From Carpediemonas membranifera BICM (lineage: Eukaryota; Protista; Fornicata): a stretch of DNA of 25,981 nt. Numbering within the stretch: position 1 is the stretch's first letter; each line of letters opens with the position of its first letter. The stretch spans positions 143,519 to 169,499 of the forward strand of contig JAHDYR010000007.1 in assembly GCA_019828565.1 (NCBI GenBank), written 5' to 3'. The notes beneath the pieces were generated by a model. The model saw nothing but the letters and a program-made list of their open reading frames with translations, made no database searches and was not told the DNA's origin. The translations under genes and the position numbers were made by a program. This document shows positions 19,804 to 25,981 of this stretch, one piece after another.

Positions 19804-20393
19804 TTTTTGTTTCGACAGATTTGACCATGTGTGCATTTTTAGGCGTATGAACAAACAGCCATATCTCAACGAATACGAGTCATAACAGCTTAAAACTTTG
19901 TTCATGTACGCAATACACGATGTTTCACATCATGCAACCAATAGTGTCAGTGTACGCTCACATTCTTGGTCGGTCAACGCATGACAAAACTGAGCCGTTG
20001 GAAAGAACAAAGTGAATATTTGGAATGTAGGTCAAGTGTAGAGCACAACTATGTGTTTTTTTCCGAGGAGTCATCGTTCGCTACGGATCCCGCGGATTAT
20101 GTCACGAAATGATGACGGACTTGCGAGAAAAAAGCTGAACCGACTAATAATGATAAAAGGTGATTTAGGCAGCAGTTGCGTTCCTTTCGGAGATCTTGAC
20201 GATCAACCTGAGTTTATGCGCGTCAAGTCTTCTCTAAGATCCAAAATCAGTCAAGTAATTATGTGGTTCCGTTTCAGCGAAGTTTTGCTGCCGGAATATG
20301 CGGGGTTTCCCCCCGTCAATCCCAGGGGCGTCACTTTCCTGCTTGGTCGGGCGTGTGGTTGATTATTGTCTCCCCGCTAAATACAACTACGAT

Positions 20394-22964
20394 TTATGGA
20401 CAGCCTTCTCTGCATAGACACACGTCAAGACGAACACCGTTCTCACGATCATCCCGAACCTTGATAAACAGCCAGTCTTCATTGTTCCATGACTTTCGCG
20501 CTCGTCTCAGCATGCTTTCCCACAAATGAGCGACGTTCTGCTCGAATTTTCTATTCAGATCGTTGACATCAGACTTTGGCAACGTTTCTGTCATATCCTG
20601 TTGAATACGAATCCATTGAGCGTGATCTTTGCAACATTTGTGTACTCGGAGGCTGATCAGAGGGGAAAGAAGTGGTACGTGGCCCTCACGTCGACCATAA
20701 GATACAGGACCGCGCAGGAACCGATAGAACATCTCCGCTTGTTCTCTCAGAATAACTTGCTGCAGAACTGTGTTCCTCCTCAAATGTACACGAGCATCCT
20801 GGTTGCCAATGAAGTCTCTCTCGAAGTACTCCTCAATGATGACACCAAAAGGAAGCATTGTTGCGGCTTGTATCTCGGGAATGGTTGCGACAATTGCATT
20901 GCTATATAGCGTCTGAGTGAATGGCCGCATTGATTTTTGCCTCGGATGGTGTGGGAACCGGGATGGGCTTATCAGTGACCAAGGAGAGGCTTACATGGAG
21001 TAAGTGGACCAACAGTGCAGCAACTCGATGCCACCACACGATATCTTCCGTCACTGTCGCAGTTGAGTAATAATGGGAGAAAAAGATATCCCATTAGTCT
21101 GAAGATGGACTGAACAGAGACAGGAAACGCATGATAGTACGTCGTTGCCATGTTGGCCATCAACCTGCGGCCTAACATATGCTCATTACACCCAGTTGTA
21201 CGATCTGGCGGTTTGAAATCTTGGATAGATTGCAGATAACGTCCCCACTGAGCGTTCTCTTCTCGTGAGCCGTCATTCCGCGGTTTGAACATTCCCGCCA
21301 TTAGGGCCACCTGACCCATGAAATGATGGCAACAGTGCATGATTGGGGGATAAGAAACACACTGTCAGGAGCAATCGACGATCCCTCAAAGAGAGTTTGA
21401 CGTAACCTTCTTCTTCTGTATTCCAACGAACGCCTTCGGTCAGTCGCCAGGAGAAAGCTGCCCCAGTGCGCGGCAGGATCTGGAATACCCGATGTAGATT
21501 CAGCAATACTACCTTCTTTGGCTTGGAGGACGTGCTGAAGTGTGGTCCGGAACGTGGCGCCAAACGGCATCCAACCCATGTTTCGCTTACTATTCGATTG
21601 GAAAGGCGATGGATAATGCCCTCCTTGCAGCGAGCCCACAACTGTCGACATGGCAGGGTGGTCACCAATCAGCAATACTCTGTTGATTCTTGCCCACCTT
21701 CCAGTTTCTCGCACTTGGAATGACTTCTGGATTGCCTCTTCCACGTTAGACTGAATATACTCAAAGTATGTTGGCAAAAGATCCTCCTTTCCCTGGTACT
21801 CAAGCAGTCTGAATGGTGATGTCACTCTCTGCGGAAAGACCTCTCCTGTCATGTCAATCAGCCTGAATTTGACAGCGGTCGTAGTCCCTCGCCATGCATC
21901 AAACCAGATGAGAATGTCAACTGGAATGTAGCTAGCTTCAACACGCGCTTCTCTGCTAACATGTGTCGTTGTATCATACCAAATATCTCTGGCTGTCTCG
22001 AGATACTGTGGTGACTGAATGCCTCGTGCAATACGGCTGGAAATGTTATACTTAACCGACTTGACAAAGGCCCACCGATCGCTTTTTCAACTTGGTGGGG
22101 TTGAGGGTGGGAAAGCATGGAGACACATTGATCTCGTTCATCTTCGCTGTTGAAGAAGATAGTAATGTGCGTTCCATCATGTAAGTAGTTGTTGACCGGA
22201 ACCGGCAAGGAGCCTATTGCGTCAGCTGCAATTGGGAAACGTGTCGTATGTTCGAGAGGGAACTTCTGGTTGTTTTGATCATAACGAAACGTGTTGTGCG
22301 AACAGTGTATCTCGTCTGGTACAAGACTCTCGAAAAAATCTGCCTCGTGATCTTTCATGGCTTCTTTCACTCCGAACACGTTCCTAATATCACACCCAAG
22401 GTCTTTGAGAGCATAATGTGAGACATCAAACTTCATGGTCTGGATACCCAGCCTTTTGGCGATCGCGTTAAAGACAGTAACCTCATCATCAACGACATTG
22501 ACACCTTCAGTGATCCGCTTGAGCGCCATTGCGAACTGAAATGCATGCTCGGTGTTCTCAATCTTCTCGAGTAGCAGGTGGTTGTCCTCGCACAAGCTAT
22601 CTCTCTCGTCCGACGCAGGTGAGAAGGCATGGGACCATGTTGGTGTGTACTCTCTGACAGTAGCACATATGTTACGTCGAAAACGATCCGTATTACCATC
22701 AAGCAAGGAAACAAAGACAGGATCAAGAATGCTCTTGTCAATATCACCATCAGTTAGAGATAGCAAGACAGCCTTGAACAACGAACGCGAATCCTTATCG
22801 CATTGACGGAACCGTCGATCCATGCCATTAGCGTGGTGTCCTTGGATCGAGGTGTAAACGTTTGCTAGAATGACATTGACGGCGGAAACGCTTGATGGTG
22901 CTAGAATGTTACCGTAAGGTGTCATTCTCCAGATGACCAAAGTAGCTTGTGTGGAGATATGCAT
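20394..22964 (-). pseudogene. RAG1/Transib-like DDE transposase, ~850 aa if at least 4 frame breaks are repaired
   Basis: Stitched: ILIWFDAW (D at 21898-21900), SPFRLLEYQGKE, VLLIGDHPAMSTVVGSLQGGHYPSPFQ (D at 21661-21663), IPPIMHCCH, TLYSNAIVATIPEIQAATMLPFGVIIEEYFE (E at 20820-20822). Confidence 0.72.
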
Positions 22965-23086
22965 GTCCTCCCAGTTTTGTTTCCTTTACGTTTTTCGCTG
23001 TTTATATTGGTCCTACGTAAAAAATGTCGATGCCATTTTCTCCACCTCATTTTGGCAGTGCAGTTTAAGAACAGCTATAGGGGAAC

Positions 23087-24779
23087 ATGACTGATTCTAA
23101 TCACAGACAATTGTCGCTCAGTGTTTGTGACCTTTACTGGAACTCTTGTGTCCTGTGCAAAACTTTGCCCAACAACCTGCCGGGCTATTTAGAACAAGCC
23201 ACAAGGGTCTTCTTTTATGTTCCCTGCGCGTTCGCATTTCTATCACATCTTTCAAGACCTGGAGACGTTTGATGACATGCTTCAGCTTGCTTGTCTTCAC
23301 GCGCAAGAGCTTGAGAATTCGGATCAGGCATCGCAGGTTGCCCGGATTCTCTCTCGCGTCATCAAACTGCGAAGCCATCCACAGCTAAGCATGGATGTTC
23401 AGCTTCGCGAAGGCGAATCGCTGCCCGACCGTCTTCACACGCTTATACAAGGGACGTTGTGGGCCATACTGAGGACGGTGACCGATGGTGACTCGAGCGC
23501 TCTCTGGTTCATGTGCAGGAAGTTCATGTTTTCACATAGTGTTGCTAAGAGAGATCGGACTGTCATCAAGAGCTATGATGCATCAGAGCTCGTGCATTAT
23601 TGTGGGTTTGTCTTCCACGACAATCATCGTTCATTCCGTCACCGGATCATGCGGTTCTGGTCTGATGGCAAGTGTTTCTTCTTCTCCTCAACCAGCAAGG
23701 CGTTCTACATTGGCAACTTGTGGTTCGCTCGTGTTACATCTGTCCATCAGGCGGTTTTCCCCGCAGCCATAGCTGAGAAGCTTGCCAAGATGCATCTGTG
23801 GTGCAGGCATCGATTTGTTCTTGACTGCCACTGCAACACTTACATCATGTTGCACACACAATGCACGGGGTGCTCGTTACAGCGCCTTCTCAGGAGTATG
23901 GCGTTAATATGATGGCTTGGTTTGGACACGATGTGGCCCTCACTCACCGATTCTCTTCGTTTGCTAAGGTGAAACTTCCCGTCAATCTTGGAGGGATCAG
24001 GGCCGTGCCTGGACTTGTTATCTTGTCCGGAACGGTCCGGGCATCCAAGACAAAGAATATAGTCCCAGCCCAGTTCTTCACCGGTAATACCACTGGTCAT
24101 ATTCCCGCTGATGACATGACGGATGTCGCCCATCCGGGGTTCAGGAGGACACCTGTCTGGATCGACGCAATCATCTTTGTTGCACAGTCTAGGTTTATGA
24201 TCGTTAGATCTGGCAATGATTGCTATCTCATCGGTAGATCCCGACTCATCCCCAACATTGTCCGATCTCTATTTTTGGACCCAAACCCGATTCCTTGCAG
24301 CGAACATGAGGTGTATAGGTTGTACCCACTTTCCAAGTTTGTGCTATTGCCCAACAACGTCCTTATCTATGTGCGAGTAGACGGCGGGAGCAGACAAACT
24401 GTGGTTTCGAGACAATCGCATGGGTTTCCTGCTATTGCGCGCTTTGAGGCATCAAAATATGCAGTGACACTGATGGATAAGTCCCCCAGCACTTACTGGC
24501 TGTTCAACCCACTCAACAAACGGTGGTACGCGTGCACAACAATATTCTGCGGTGGACACCAACTCTTCCATGGATGCCGTTGCTAGCGAGGAAAACCAAT
24601 ACCAGCAGAAATTGTTGTTTGACCCATTACTGCCCAATAAACGCGTAATAGAAACGTCTCCACACCTTCCCCACCTTCCCCAGCGCGGGGACGACAGTCA
24701 ATCTACTGCAGCGAATTTGCTGCCGTGGGATGATGTTGACCCCAGTGAGTGGCTAACCCCGGCCGGCCGCTGTATGTAG
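23087..24779 (+). pseudogene. frameshifted hypothetical protein (~560 aa): helical N-terminus, beta-strand-rich C-terminus
   Basis: Four overlapping same-strand ORFs (23087-23272, 23217-23912, 23861-24586, 24552-24779) tile one gene-sized interval, divergent from the transposase across 122 bp. Confidence 0.5.
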
Positions 24780-24838
24780 ATAAGCCGCAAGTGATTAAAT
24801 TACATAAAGGCTGGATCGCTTCTTCCTTCCTTTACCTC

Positions 24839-25981
24839 TCACAATGCCAGACTCGGATTCAGTGCCAGGAGGCTTTCCTTGCAGACCTGGCAAAATAAGA
24901 ACCTGGCAACGGTTCCATCAATCGAGGTCTCCCACATGGCCACACCGCATGGCTTGCAATACCAAGATTTGCACATGTTGCAGAAGAAAGAGTCCCTTCC
25001 CTTTGACGATTTGATCTTAGCCTTGCAGCGGGTGCATTCAGAAGCAGCAGCACAATCCGGACGTGAAATTGGTAATGGCCTTCTTCCCATTGTTACCTCA
25101 CACCTCCATGGTAGTGGAAGTGCATGATCCGTCACTCGGGCGAAGTCAGTCGTTCCTGGATTGCCCTAAATCCGGGTCAGTGCAAATGCCGCAGCAAAAA
25201 TGCTAGTTGACGCATAAACATATCGAAAGAAATCAGCGGACCTGTCTTCTCAGCAATGCTGACATCACTGTCATCACTGTCATCAGCAGTAGGACGCTTT
25301 GCAGCTCTTTGCTGATGTGCTATATCGAACTTTTCAGTTCACCAAACAACGTATTGCGAAGATCCTGGATCATTTGGTGCCGGACCGAAGGATTTGTCAG
25401 CCGTATAGCGAGATCGCGAGCGGGAGAGTCTTCGCAATCTCTTTCTCGTAGTCTTAATGGATCCAAGTTAGGCTGTTATCGCTTTGCGCGGTGCTTACTC
25501 AGATCGGATTGCCGAGTTACGCGAAACGCCGGGTTCATCTCCCCTCGTAGCCTTTTGGTCTGCGCACGCTTTAAGCTTGTGATATCTTTGCCTGGCATCG
25601 GGCAGGGCGCAGACCTGGAAATCGGGAGATGAGTCCTTCATCTTCTTTCGTAGCCTCTCGATGTCCATATCCAGGCGTTGGCTATGGTCTGGAGGGACAT
25701 TCGCCATCTCCTTCACATGGTGACAGATCCTTGGCGCTGAAGGGTTTCTCTTTCGGCGTCAACTGGTGGTAGATGATCGGCTTAGTCTTGGCAACCGGTT
25801 TGCTTATAGCAAATCTCTCGCCCAAGTTCCAGCAACCCTTCTCGTTGAAGTTCTTCTTCTTCAAAAGCAACAAAACCACCGCATTGCACAGGGACAAGCA
25901 AGTTCGCACCACACGACAGCGTTATAGAAAGCCGATAAACGCGGAGTCTTTGGGCATTCCCAGTGAGAGGCCACCGTTCAC
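24839..25981 (-). pseudogene. fragmented gene ending in a PHD/FYVE-like Cys8 zinc finger
   Basis: CTRC-x14-CNMC-x4-CKPC-x18-CQVC in 24839-25135. Upstream frames are broken and include an acidic ADDSDDSD patch near 25260-25290. Confidence 0.5.

Larger units (their letters stand above)
19628..25981 (-). mobile_element. Transib/RAG1-like (or Chapaev-related) DNA transposon; other end not found in window, so extent past 22964 is uncertain
   Basis: CACAGTG terminus, subterminal inverted repeats and a DDE transposase with RAG1-core-like motifs. Confidence 0.55.

Noticed and set aside
25140-25981. TAA/TAG reassigned to Gln as the explanation for broken ORFs; also a Ulp1-like VPVQCGGFV motif near 25870-25900
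   Set aside because: Roadblock and Arp3 end at TAG at the expected positions, so the code is standard. The protease-like motif is too short and its frame too broken to support.

Overview
Eukaryotic, gene-dense, nearly intronless DNA from a flagellated protist using the standard genetic code (a Carpediemonas-like fornicate is my guess, not demonstrated). 1-3476: four host genes, namely proteasome beta subunit PSMB2 (minus, missed by the ORF track), dynein light chain roadblock, Arp3 and DRC12/CCDC153 (with a 32-nt intron). 3521-14736: a head-to-tail array of about 6.65 copies of a 1.67-1.73 kb unit. On the minus strand each unit holds a small coiled-coil gene with a variable number of heptads, the 3' part of a Fanzor (eukaryotic TnpB-like RNA-guided nuclease: RuvC-II, zinc finger and RuvC-III present, RuvC-I absent), and a hairpin-rich noncoding stretch where an omegaRNA would be expected. 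14737-~19627: a chromodomain-bearing Ty3/gypsy retrotransposon inserted in the last unit, with an apparent 102-bp LTR, no tRNA primer-binding site and a convergent antisense ORF. 19628 onward: a probable Transib/RAG1-like DNA transposon with an RSS-like end (CACAGTG), a frameshifted ~850-aa DDE transposase that seems to have lost all four zinc ligands, and possible cargo (a beta-rich protein and a PHD-like finger). Many frameshifts fall in homopolymers and may be long-read assembly errors. All family assignments come from motif recognition by eye; no database search was run.
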